A stretch of DNA of 64,000 nucleotides from an uncultured candidate division Zixibacteria bacterium (GTDB taxonomy: Bacteria > Zixibacteria > MSB-5A5 > GN15 > PGXB01), in NCBI GenBank assembly GCA_963702205.1, contig OY969724.1, positions 704,001 through 768,000 of the forward strand, written 5' to 3'. Below are positions 39,363 to 48,900 of the stretch, piece by piece. How positions within the stretch are numbered: position 1 is the stretch's first letter; each line of letters begins with the position of its first letter. The notes beneath the pieces are model-generated. The model searched no databases and had not been told where the DNA came from. It was given only the letters and a program-made list of their open reading frames with translations. Position numbers and translations under genes: made by a program.

Positions 39363-40859
39363 TTATTCAGGTGCTATTCTATAGCCTGAACCCGTTTCAT
39401 TCTCTATAAACTCTTTGTCTTCCAACTTCTTATTGATATTTGAAACGTGAACGAACGCCTTGCGTTTATTAGTGGTCATGCTCTCGACGTCTACATCATC
39501 CTCATTATATGACTTAACCAAATCATTATCGGAAAAGTACTTTCCTCGGTTTGCCCACAGTTTTTTGAGGATTTTTCTCTCAGTCAAGGTCAAGTGATCT
39601 TCTGATTTCTTTCCATCTATAGAGAAGCTTCCATCAATCATTTGGATCACTCTACCACGATAACGAATAATCGGTATCCGCTCGAGTCTGAGAAAAGTTA
39701 TTACTTCTTTCATGCTCAGACTCAATTGTTGAAGCATGGTTATTTTTTTGGCATATGCTATTGATCGATCAACACGGATCTGAAATGCTCTTTGGGCGAG
39801 ACCACGAGCCTTTGCACTAAGCTCAGTGTAATTCTGACCTTCCAGTGCAGTAGCTAGCTCATTGAGTCCATTCTCAGTGGATATCCAGTATTGAGAGTAG
39901 TTTCCGTCAATAGCATCGAAGAAGTCCCATACAGTCTCCTGGGCTTCCTTGAATCGTCTCAGCCCATTTAAAGCCACTGCCTTACATTCAAGTGCCTTGA
40001 GCAACGATTTGTTAAATCCACTCTCCTTGGCGGCGTGCAGTTGCTTACCTACATTCCTAAGTAAGAACTCATAATTGCCTTCAGACCAGGCTCGTACAAG
40101 ATCGTATTCACATTTCGCGTCTTCTGCATAAATGGGTGCTTTATTCGAAAGGAAATCTAGAGTTTTAGAAAGAATTATCATTGCCTTTGAGTGGAAACCC
40201 ACCTGAGAATACACATACGCCAACTCACTCGCACAATCAACCCAGTCGTCGTCTTGCTTGTGTCGAAGACCCATCCTGCAACCCAGCTCTAACAGTCTGA
40301 TAGCCTGAATATAATCGCCAAGTTCAGAATAAACTCTCGCTTGTAGCAGGAGAGCGTGTATTTGGTCACTCTTGTTGTTAGATGATCGCGCTCGATCATG
40401 AAGCTCACGAAAATATACCAATGCTTTTGTCGGTTCGCCTTCTCCCAAAAGACATAATCCGAGACGAGTCAAGGCCGTCATCGAGACCTTAGATGTATCG
40501 TCCACCAGTAGGTGTCCAATCAAAAGTCTCTTAGCCCTAACAGTATCTCCTGCTCCCATTGTTATGTCAACGAAGCTCTGAGCTAAGTCACAGGATTTCT
40601 TATTTCGGTCAAGTTGGAAGATTTTCTCAGTGGCTTCATCAACACACTTAGTAGCAAACTCGCGCTCACCAAGGTAATAAGCAGTATAACCGACCATAAA
40701 TAGCATGGAAATTACATCGGTGGTTTTCTCTGTTTTTCTTGCAGCCTTCAGAGCCTCTTTTGCAAGTTTGAACCCAGTGGGTATATCCCCCTCCATCAAT
40801 TCTCTCTTGCTTTTGTAATACAGCTCCTCGTATTTACTCTTAGTCTTCATTTCAATCAT
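39363..40859 (-). CDS. TPR-repeat protein with C-terminal OmpR-type winged HTH (transcription regulator)
   Basis: Helical TPR-like body; C-terminal LTLTERKILKKL...VHVSNINKKL...IENETGSGYRI. Confidence 0.75.
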   Translation of the reverse strand: MIEMKTKSKYEELYYKSKRELMEGDIPTGFKLAKEALKAARKTEKTTDVISMLFMVGYTAYYLGEREFATKCVDEATEKIFQLDRNKKSCDLAQSFVDITMGAGDTVRAKRLLIGHLLVDDTSKVSMTALTRLGLCLLGEGEPTKALVYFRELHDRARSSNNKSDQIHALLLQARVYSELGDYIQAIRLLELGCRMGLRHKQDDDWVDCASELAYVYSQVGFHSKAMIILSKTLDFLSNKAPIYAEDAKCEYDLVRAWSEGNYEFLLRNVGKQLHAAKESGFNKSLLKALECKAVALNGLRRFKEAQETVWDFFDAIDGNYSQYWISTENGLNELATALEGQNYTELSAKARGLAQRAFQIRVDRSIAYAKKITMLQQLSLSMKEVITFLRLERIPIIRYRGRVIQMIDGSFSIDGKKSEDHLTLTERKILKKLWANRGKYFSDNDLVKSYNEDDVDVESMTTNKRKAFVHVSNINKKLEDKEFIENETGSGYRIAPE

Positions 40860-40923
40860 TCACCAATCTAAAACTTCAATATAATATATTTAACCGACAT
40901 GTGTCCACTGCAATTCCATCGCC

Positions 40924-41820
40924 TCAATTATGTCGCTTGAGCAGTTCTGAATTTAACAATGTTTCAAGAGCCTCTCTTGCATTTTCGGCAAAAATCATTC
41001 TTTGTCGACAATTGCGAGTAACTTTTTTGTTGGCCAGCGTTCTAATGTTCTGCAGTCGCTTAGGGGACTTATTGACGAGAATACAGAGGGAATGATTAAG
41101 TTTGGTCTGATCAGCCAGGATACAGTGTTGCCACCAAACACTGTATGCCATTAGTTTATCACTAATACGCTTCAACGGCATGGTACCGCGGTCTATTTCC
41201 AAATACAGGGTTACCAATATACGTCCAATATGGCATTCTATAACAGCATCTGGTATTATGGTGTGCCTCCTCATTTGACCATTTCTCAATGTATACACTC
41301 TCTCATTTGACAAGGTGGTATGTTTACCGTGCTGCCAGCCGACAGCACTGATTCCGTGCATATCTTGACAGAGTTTTATAAAGTCAATTACGAATTGATT
41401 TCTTTCTAATGAATGACTCAACTGCATATACGATTGCCCCCGACTAAAACCAACAGGTTGGATGCCGTTGATCACGTTTTGATTACGCTGAGAGAGTATG
41501 CGTTTACACGTTGAGGAAGGGTAATAGATGTGCTCGGCCATCGCTATACGTAAATCACCCATCTGATTCGTCTTGTTAAGAAGTTTATGAAACCACAGCT
41601 TTCTTAGTCGTCGGCGAGCTCGACTTATTGAACTGAAGTGGAGAGATGTGATCTGTCGGGTTGTTAACACTTGGTATTTGAAACAATCACTTAAAATTAG
41701 GTCATCCCGTGAAGTGAGTTGAAGCCTGGAAGAGAACGAGGTACTGTTTCTTTTAACCGCCTGCCTATTCATAGAGTGAGGTGGACAAACTGAGTGTGGA
41801 TCATCTACGACTACGCGCAA
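40924..41820 (-). CDS. Second Replic_Relax family protein
   Basis: LTSRDDLIL...LTTRQI...RRRLRKL, HSLERN, IPDA...LYLEIDRGT; start uncertain. Confidence 0.8.
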   Translation of the reverse strand: MRVVVDDPHSVCPPHSMNRQAVKRNSTSFSSRLQLTSRDDLILSDCFKYQVLTTRQITSLHFSSISRARRRLRKLWFHKLLNKTNQMGDLRIAMAEHIYYPSSTCKRILSQRNQNVINGIQPVGFSRGQSYMQLSHSLERNQFVIDFIKLCQDMHGISAVGWQHGKHTTLSNERVYTLRNGQMRRHTIIPDAVIECHIGRILVTLYLEIDRGTMPLKRISDKLMAYSVWWQHCILADQTKLNHSLCILVNKSPKRLQNIRTLANKKVTRNCRQRMIFAENAREALETLLNSELLKRHN

Positions 41821-42346
41821 GATGTGCTACTCCGACGGCCACAGCGTCAAACAGGTGCGAGAACTGCTGCTCCTTCCATCTGCGGTTGGTACCAGAGAAC
41901 ACTCGTAGCTCAGGATACTTACTTATGAGCAATTTCCTAACATCCCGCTTTGTGGCGTGTCCGTCCCCACATACAGATTTGCGGATTGATATAGGGACAT
42001 ACTCATACACCGGCAATTTTCTGCGCCGGGCAATTGCGAGAATTTTGTAATAAGCCAATACTATCAGACCATTATAGGTGGCAGATGAAAAGTTAGTTTT
42101 CTCTACGGCAAGCACGTGCGGTTGCTTTTCGTTGAGGTATTGGGTAACCACTTTATCAATGCCACCAATCCGCTCTCTAACCAATTGTGCATACGGAATG
42201 TTCTTGACTGTATAGTCTGTCAATGTTGGTCCTTCAAAACTAGCTAAACCGATCTTGTTGACTCCAGGATCAATGGAGACTAGGCGGTATTCCGGTTTTG
42301 GGTTATTCGAAAGTATATTTGATGTTGTGTTTGTTTTTGTTTTCAT
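41801..42346 (-). CDS. RuvC-like Holliday junction resolvase
   Basis: SIDPG...GLA, LAVEK, YVP..IRKSVCG.G.ATK, FDAVAVG. Confidence 0.8.
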   Translation of the reverse strand: MKTKTNTTSNILSNNPKPEYRLVSIDPGVNKIGLASFEGPTLTDYTVKNIPYAQLVRERIGGIDKVVTQYLNEKQPHVLAVEKTNFSSATYNGLIVLAYYKILAIARRRKLPVYEYVPISIRKSVCGDGHATKRDVRKLLISKYPELRVFSGTNRRWKEQQFSHLFDAVAVGVAHLARSRR

Positions 42347-42584
42347 AGGTTTTGTTTCTTAGTTGATCAAACAGATCAAAGAACAGTACCTCGACTGGGC
42401 ACTTTATAGCGGCCGATAGCCGCAACGCATTGTATAAGCTTGGTAGCTTTCGACCTTTTTCCCAATGCGACAGGTGTGCCGGACTTGACTGTCCAGTTAA
42501 TCTGGCCATATCCCGAAGCCGGAGACCGCGCTTAAGGCGATATCTCCGGAGCTGGTTTGCTTTGTTTGGGCTAATTCGGGACAT
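42303..42584 (-). CDS. XRE-family HTH regulator
   Basis: NQLRRYRLKRGL...MARLTG...LSHWEKGRKLPSL. Confidence 0.85.
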   Translation of the reverse strand: MSRISPNKANQLRRYRLKRGLRLRDMARLTGQSSPAHLSHWEKGRKLPSLYNALRLSAAIKCPVEVLFFDLFDQLRNKTYENKNKHNIKYTFE

Positions 42585-42773
42585 AGATGTTTGTGTTTGT
42601 TTTTGTGTATTTTAGAACACACGCACGTTTGCGCAATTGCCGAAAAGAGCTATTTAAGGTCTTACCAAGCGTTGATCACACTACTCAGCAAAACAGCAGA
42701 GCTTAGCACATCCACAGAATCTGTCAAGGGCGGCAGTACTTATCACATTTGACAGGACCTCCAAAATTGTGCT

Positions 42774-43661
42774 ATGCTAAAGGTATCTAATAATCTAATC
42801 CCTCGTATGAGAAACGAAAACGGCCAGTTTATTGGCTTTTCCAGCCCAAGATATACACAGGTTCCCGACGAACTGTTTGATGAACTATTGTCTGAACTTT
42901 CCGGGGCTGAATTGAAGGTTCTGATGTACGTTGTCAGGCGCACTTTTGGGTTCAAGCGTGACTCAGACCATATCAGCCTATCTCAGATGGTGAATGGAAT
43001 CGTAAAGAAGGATGGAGTTATTCTGGACAAAGGCACCGGCTTGGCCAAGGATTCTGTCGCGAGAGCGACAAAATCCCTTGTAGAGAAGGGTATTTTGGTA
43101 AGAAAACTCGTCACTTCACCCGAGCGTGGGTGCGAGGCCTCTGAGTATTCCCTCAGGGTTATCCACACCCCCCTGTCCGAAAATCATGACAGGGGGCCTG
43201 TACCAAAAATCGGACAGGGGCCAGTCCGAAAATCGGACACACAAGATACAGATATACAAGAGATATCTATAACGTTAGGGAACGCTGTGAATAAACCTAA
43301 AAGAAGAGTACCTGTGGATAAGTCCACCCAAGGGAAGCGTGAGTATTTGGCTCACCTCATATTGCAAACATGTAGGGATAAACAATCAATAGCATTTTAT
43401 CGGAAAGTCGTCAGGTTGTTACCTGAAAGGGCAATTCACGAGGCCTTGAGCCAGGTTAAGGAAGCTGAGCAACTCGGCCGCATTCGAGAAAGACCAGGCG
43501 CGATGTTCACTGATTTGATCAAACGCAAGGCCGAGGAGCTTGGCATAGATTTAAAGAGAGAGAACAGTGAGACGGAGCCATTAGCCGAAAAACGGTCGGA
43601 GCTTCCTGAATTCACTACTTCCGCTGACATGATGATGGCGGAACGTGTGGGAAGAAGGTAG
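42774..43661 (+). CDS. Phage/plasmid-type replication initiator (wHTH, lambda O-like N-terminus)
   Basis: YTQVPDELFD...LSGAELKVLMYVVRRTFGFKR...ISLSQ...TGL...LVEKGIL; repeat-encoded linker; divergent from the XRE gene. Confidence 0.75.
   Translation: MLKVSNNLIPRMRNENGQFIGFSSPRYTQVPDELFDELLSELSGAELKVLMYVVRRTFGFKRDSDHISLSQMVNGIVKKDGVILDKGTGLAKDSVARATKSLVEKGILVRKLVTSPERGCEASEYSLRVIHTPLSENHDRGPVPKIGQGPVRKSDTQDTDIQEISITLGNAVNKPKRRVPVDKSTQGKREYLAHLILQTCRDKQSIAFYRKVVRLLPERAIHEALSQVKEAEQLGRIRERPGAMFTDLIKRKAEELGIDLKRENSETEPLAEKRSELPEFTTSADMMMAERVGRR
43159..43321. other. Putative replication origin inside rep: three palindromic iterons and three DnaA boxes
   Basis: TTATCCACA 43159-43167; iterons at 43173-43192, 43198-43217, 43222-43240 (core GTCCGA-AAA-TCGGAC); TGTGAATAA 43286-43294; TGTGGATAA 43313-43321. 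Confidence 0.72.
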
Positions 43662-43683
43662 GTTTCTCAGTTAAGGTGGCACA

Positions 43684-43845
43684 ATGAAGAAACAAAGAAA
43701 CGAAGAGACTGTAGTTCTGAGTGAAGATCTAAAACGGCGCATTGCAACAGCCGATTTGAGCAGCCTTATTGACCTCTTGGCAGGTTTGATCGTTAAAGAG
43801 CATATTCGAGAGTTGACTGTATCTGAGGACAAGAATCCAATTTGA
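43684..43845 (+). CDS. Small hypothetical protein (53 aa)
   Basis: Hand translation MKKQRNEETVVLSEDLKRRIATADLSSLIDLLAGLIVKEHIRELTVSEDKNPI; RBS-like AAGGTGG. Confidence 0.45.
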   Translation: MKKQRNEETVVLSEDLKRRIATADLSSLIDLLAGLIVKEHIRELTVSEDKNPI

Positions 43846-43850
43846 CTATG

Positions 43851-45989
43851 TCAAAGTCCTTGCAGAAAGCGGCTTCGAGTGCCAGTCGACGTAATCAACA
43901 CAGATTGTCTCGCACGTGTAATAGCAACATAGAGCAATGATCTTTCTCTCAGTTCCCCTTGAGACTTATCAGTTGCATTTTCAGCTTCAATGGCTAGATT
44001 CAGCGGAATAGTCCCATCATTCGCTCCTACTACGATTACATGTTCAAACTCCAGCCCCTTGACCCTATGCATCGTGGCATACCTTATTCCTGGTACCTTT
44101 CTGTCTTCTGCAGTACTGCGTCTTATTCGATATGAATCATAGCCTCTTGAACATAAAGCTCCTTCGAATTGAGCTAGTGCATCATTTGTTCTTGCGACTA
44201 TACAGATTGAGCTAAATGCGAAACTCTCCTTTACAAGCTGGAGGATATGTCTTTCAATCGCGTCGACTTCAGCAGCAAACGACTCATTGACAATTACTTG
44301 AGGCACTGGTCCATGAAACAGTGATTTATATCCTCGCGTATTGTCCACTCCGTTGTCTAGATCATCGTATGACTCTCCCTTAAGTAGACACACTGCCCAG
44401 TTGCGTGTTTCCTCAGTTGTCCTATAGTTGATCCGCAATCTTCTGCCACGGCCAACAATATCTATTCCGCACCGACCAAGCACGACTTTGTGTCTATAAA
44501 TTCGCTGATGGGCGTCGCCTGTAATGAATAAATCATTTGGTTGTTTTTCTCCATTGTTAGGTATCATTTGGCGTAGAAGGCGAAATACTTCGGCACTCAT
44601 GTCTTGGGCTTCATCCACCACTATACAGCGATAAGGTAGCACATTACCACGTTGCGCGAGTATGTGACGTGCATCTCTAGCAGCATCAATGAGTTCCTTG
44701 AATCTTCTTTCATTTAGCTGAGATCGGTATTCCTCAAAGACAGCCCACACCTTTGGTCGCTCTCGTCTACTCAACCTACGGCCCCTACCAATTCTATCCG
44801 CATAAAGATATGACTCTAGGCTTGTGATTCCGTTCTGCTGGACAACTTGCTCCCACTCATCTTTATAGAACTGTGATGATAATTCCATCGACTCATCTGC
44901 AACATTTAAAGAGTTTTCCCAAAGCGTTTGGACCTGCTGCTCAAACACAATCTCATAGTCATATCCATTTTGTTGCAGAAACCGAGTTATCCACGCGTCA
45001 ATATTGATTACCTCAATCCTCTTTAGAAGTTCTGCTGAACATAGCTTCTGTACGTTCGCTCGTATATCCGTCGCAAGATTTCGCGTAAATGTAGTCAGAA
45101 GAATGCGATCATCCCTATTGGTGCAGAAATGTTCAGCTAACCATTTAGCTCTGTGCATAGCAACAACAGTTTTTCCAGTCCCAGCGCTTCCGAGAACACG
45201 AACCGGCCCATTTGCTTGCATTTCTACGATTCTTCTTTGAGATGGGTGCAGGAATATACGCCAGTGTTCTAAGGGAGCAGCAAGCATTTGACGTAACTCC
45301 AGATCGTCTTCTACTAAAGCAAATCTACGCTGAGAATGAGGTCGTTTAATTGCACTTGTGAAGTCAGTAGTATCAATGGCGCTTACTTCTTCTGGTGCTA
45401 TAAGTTCTCTATATACTTCTTCTTGAGTGAATCCAGCAGCGAGCATATATAATGCTTCGAAGGCTTCCTCCGGCATGCTGTTAACAGACGCCTCAAGCTC
45501 TTCCTCAGATTCAAGCTTACGAATGAACGGCAATAGATCCTCCGGGATGCCCAAACGTATGAGTTCGCGATCGCGACATGAATCAAACAGTCCCTTAACT
45601 TGCTTCTCTGAATCAGACTTCTGCTCGTCTTCAGTCTGTGATACATCAATTACTTGGAGTGCACCTGTACCAGGATGAATTTTGAATTGACGGCTTATTG
45701 CCCATTGATATGCATCATCATGCTTGTCTACATACAAAAGCATATAGACATTACCGCGTTCAGGATTCAACACGATCGCGCGATACTGTTGATCGATCCG
45801 CACAGATCTCAAATGTGGATCCTTGGCGCCATTGATTCTCTCGTAGTTTAATCCGGGCGATCCTGGATCATTCTTAAATTTCTCAATAAACTCTCTAACC
45901 CTTGTCTGTTTGTCTTTCGAAATCTTTGAATAAGACTTAAGAAAGTCTGCAGATATACCAACTTGTATAATACTCTTTCCATTTTTCAT
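43851..45989 (-). CDS. UvrD-like SF1 helicase with N-terminal RelE-like domain
   Basis: GSAGTGKT, VDEAQD, GDAHQRIY, NYR, TMHRVKGLEF, YVAITRA; N-terminal F...F..DP..PGLNYE.I...SVRIDQQYRAIV. Confidence 0.82.
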   Translation of the reverse strand: MKNGKSIIQVGISADFLKSYSKISKDKQTRVREFIEKFKNDPGSPGLNYERINGAKDPHLRSVRIDQQYRAIVLNPERGNVYMLLYVDKHDDAYQWAISRQFKIHPGTGALQVIDVSQTEDEQKSDSEKQVKGLFDSCRDRELIRLGIPEDLLPFIRKLESEEELEASVNSMPEEAFEALYMLAAGFTQEEVYRELIAPEEVSAIDTTDFTSAIKRPHSQRRFALVEDDLELRQMLAAPLEHWRIFLHPSQRRIVEMQANGPVRVLGSAGTGKTVVAMHRAKWLAEHFCTNRDDRILLTTFTRNLATDIRANVQKLCSAELLKRIEVINIDAWITRFLQQNGYDYEIVFEQQVQTLWENSLNVADESMELSSQFYKDEWEQVVQQNGITSLESYLYADRIGRGRRLSRRERPKVWAVFEEYRSQLNERRFKELIDAARDARHILAQRGNVLPYRCIVVDEAQDMSAEVFRLLRQMIPNNGEKQPNDLFITGDAHQRIYRHKVVLGRCGIDIVGRGRRLRINYRTTEETRNWAVCLLKGESYDDLDNGVDNTRGYKSLFHGPVPQVIVNESFAAEVDAIERHILQLVKESFAFSSICIVARTNDALAQFEGALCSRGYDSYRIRRSTAEDRKVPGIRYATMHRVKGLEFEHVIVVGANDGTIPLNLAIEAENATDKSQGELRERSLLYVAITRARQSVLITSTGTRSRFLQGL

Positions 45990-45994
45990 AACTA

Positions 45995-48900
45995 TTAATC
46001 CTCTACTCCTGAAGGAAGTCCTTCGATCAGAGAGCCAATATCTTCGGTCAGATCATGTAATAAATGAACAATCCATCCGTTTGTCTCAAAAGAGTTGGTG
46101 AAGTGTGCTTGCTCAGGCAGCAGAATTGCAATGCGTAGATCCGGCCACGCCAACTCAGCGACCGCGACAACTTCACCATTAACCCCGCTTAGTTCATACC
46201 CTGGTTCCGGTGCCACTCTGTGCGATTTGTAAATAGCATTGATTACAGTATGCAGTCGTGAATTGGTTAATGATAGTAGCTCCAGACGAGAGTCGCCATT
46301 TGTCCTGCGTAATGATAAATGGTCGTGAAATACTGGCTCTTGTAGCCCATCGTATCTTGATCGAGAGATACCACCTGTGGTTATGAACTTTACCTGGGGT
46401 AAGAATTGCATGAAGTTGAACAACCGAAGGAATCCATTCCACGATGCTCGGAATGCTTCGGTACTAGATGCTATATCCGCATCGTCAAATAGTCTTGCTG
46501 TTACTTTCAATAGATGTGTCTCGTTAGGATTCTTAACATTCTCACTTGGCATAGCAGCCAACATGATGATAGCAGGTCTGTCAATGGCATCACATTCAAC
46601 AAGAATGCTTGCATACCAGTCATCCATCGAACTAGATGGACATTTGGGTATTTCTATTTCATTCCAGTGTCTAGATGACTCCAGAGCATAAAGGCTGCTG
46701 TTTATCCAGTTCTCTTTTCCATAACCTAAACTATTTCTCTTACCATTTATCGCCTGCAGGAAGGCATAAAAGCGCCACAACACCATATCAGGCCGATCTA
46801 AATATGTCACCAACGCCTCGAAACTGTTGAGCTTACTGAAACCGGAACATGAGTTAGTTCGGTAATCTTTATCGTAAGCATCTAGCAATCTAGTTAGAGT
46901 AGCTGGGCTATGATCTAAGTAATTGTTGAAGTAATCTCTGTTATTTGATCCAAACTGGTGTTCTACATCCTGCCAACTGAGGGACCAGGTTAAGAACTTG
47001 CCCGATCTAACAATTGCCATTCTCTGTGATAGATCTTCGCCCACGCGTAGATTGCCTGCGGACACATCTGCGTGATATTGAAACCCGTCGGTGAACACGG
47101 CTATCGGTAAGCTTAAATTGCGCTTTGTTGGATAGAATACAAAGTCGGCAATGGAAGGGATTGTCACCCCTTCTGAGTTGCCGATACTTACTTGAGGTTC
47201 AATAGTCCATACTGTTTTGTCCAATTTCAAGTGCCAGCCAGGTTTGCCATTCACAACTTCGTTGGTTAGTACTGCTGGTTTGCCCGCAGGACAACTGCGA
47301 CGAAGAGCCTCAACGAATCGGGCTTCAAGCTCGCTATCAAGCAATGAGTTGATTGGTATATTGCTTACTGTATCAATTGCTATCAAGCGATTGCGACAAG
47401 CAACGATATCCGTCAATAGGCTAATGGCCTCCCGACGCGAAATTTCGGCCATATCCTTGCTTACTCGATAAGCATACAAGCACCTATAACATCCGTCTTT
47501 CTCTGGGTCGTTTTGACACCTACAATCTTTCAAGGCTTCTAGTGCTTGAGAGATAAGCTCCATCATGCTATTTTCAGTTTGAGATAGTTCTTTGAGATAA
47601 CCTGTACCGCCAGGAATTCGGTCATAAAGAACCAAAAACTGCTTCTTGATTGCGCTTCCTTCAACTGGTTCCTCTACTACCGTTGTCGCCAGGTGATCAA
47701 TACTCCCTTTAAACATTTTTTCGAGCCCCAGGTACAGGGCAGCAACAAAGGAATGGAGCTTAACTGGCATACCACAAGATGTTACAGGCAATAGAATACG
47801 AATGGCTTCTGATGAAAACTGGCGATATAGATATAGATAATCTAGGAAGGGCTTGTCGGTGCTCTTTCCATGATACCTGCAGGTTAATGCGTGTCGAAAC
47901 TCCTCATCCTGTTCAGGATCCCTGACTTTACCACATGCCTTACAGACCATGAAACCATCGACGGGAACAGATTTTCCCGCTATATCAATTGTCTCACCAA
48001 GGCCGGTTTGAGACCCGAAATTGATTTCCTTGAAGTCTACTTTACGAAGAAACTCGAAACCAAATGGAACATCGTCTGAGTCAATTCGGAAGGCTTTTTC
48101 GATGAACTGCGGTTTTGCATCAACGAGCATATGCTTGTTATAGAACTGGGGCTCACGCGAATCATTTGTATCGTCTACACGACTCTCTCTATCAGATGTT
48201 GTTGCTTCAACCTGATGTAGCCTAAGCATACTGCGTTTCTGACCTGCATCTGCCCAAATGAGACTACCACACCTTGGACAACTGGACTTATGAGTGTTCA
48301 GTGTTTCTCTTATCGCATAGCTGCAGGCATTGCAGAACCGCCAATCCTCTGGCTGCGATAATTCTATATTAATGCGATCAATGGTAACTTTTCGCCCATC
48401 AGCGTAGAACATATTGGCAGGCGCAAGTTCATGAATGGCAGTTGCGGCAGGTCTCTGGTACTCATATACACGCGTGTCGTACTTGCCATATTGATCCGTT
48501 ACATTCCTCTTTCGATAGATTATTGAGCGAAGAAGAATCCCCGCTTCAGGAAATGCATAGTTGGGCAAAAGGCCTTCGTCAGTGAAGAAATTGAAAGTGT
48601 CCTTCTCATTTATACTATGGATAATTCCGTTCAATGATGCCTTGTCGCGCTTCAGCTCAAGAATCTCTCCCTCAGTGTTCTGATCCTTGGCTTTCGAAGA
48701 TTCCTTGGTTTTGATAGTCCGGTTAATCTGCTGAACTCGACTTCGTAAGCTATCCCGCTCCTTCTTTAGACCATTCAGCCTGTTTAACACTTTGTAGATC
48801 AAGCTTTCTTCCTTATCTGCATCCCCTTCAACAAACGCCTTCAGTCTCTCCCGCGAAGCATCGTTAAGTGTATTCTCAAATAACCTTTGAAAGCTGTTCA

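Noticed and set aside
42325..42606. 16-bp direct repeat TTGTGTTTGTTTTTGT near the starts of the RuvC and XRE genes
   Set aside because: Low complexity and only two copies; no function can be supported.
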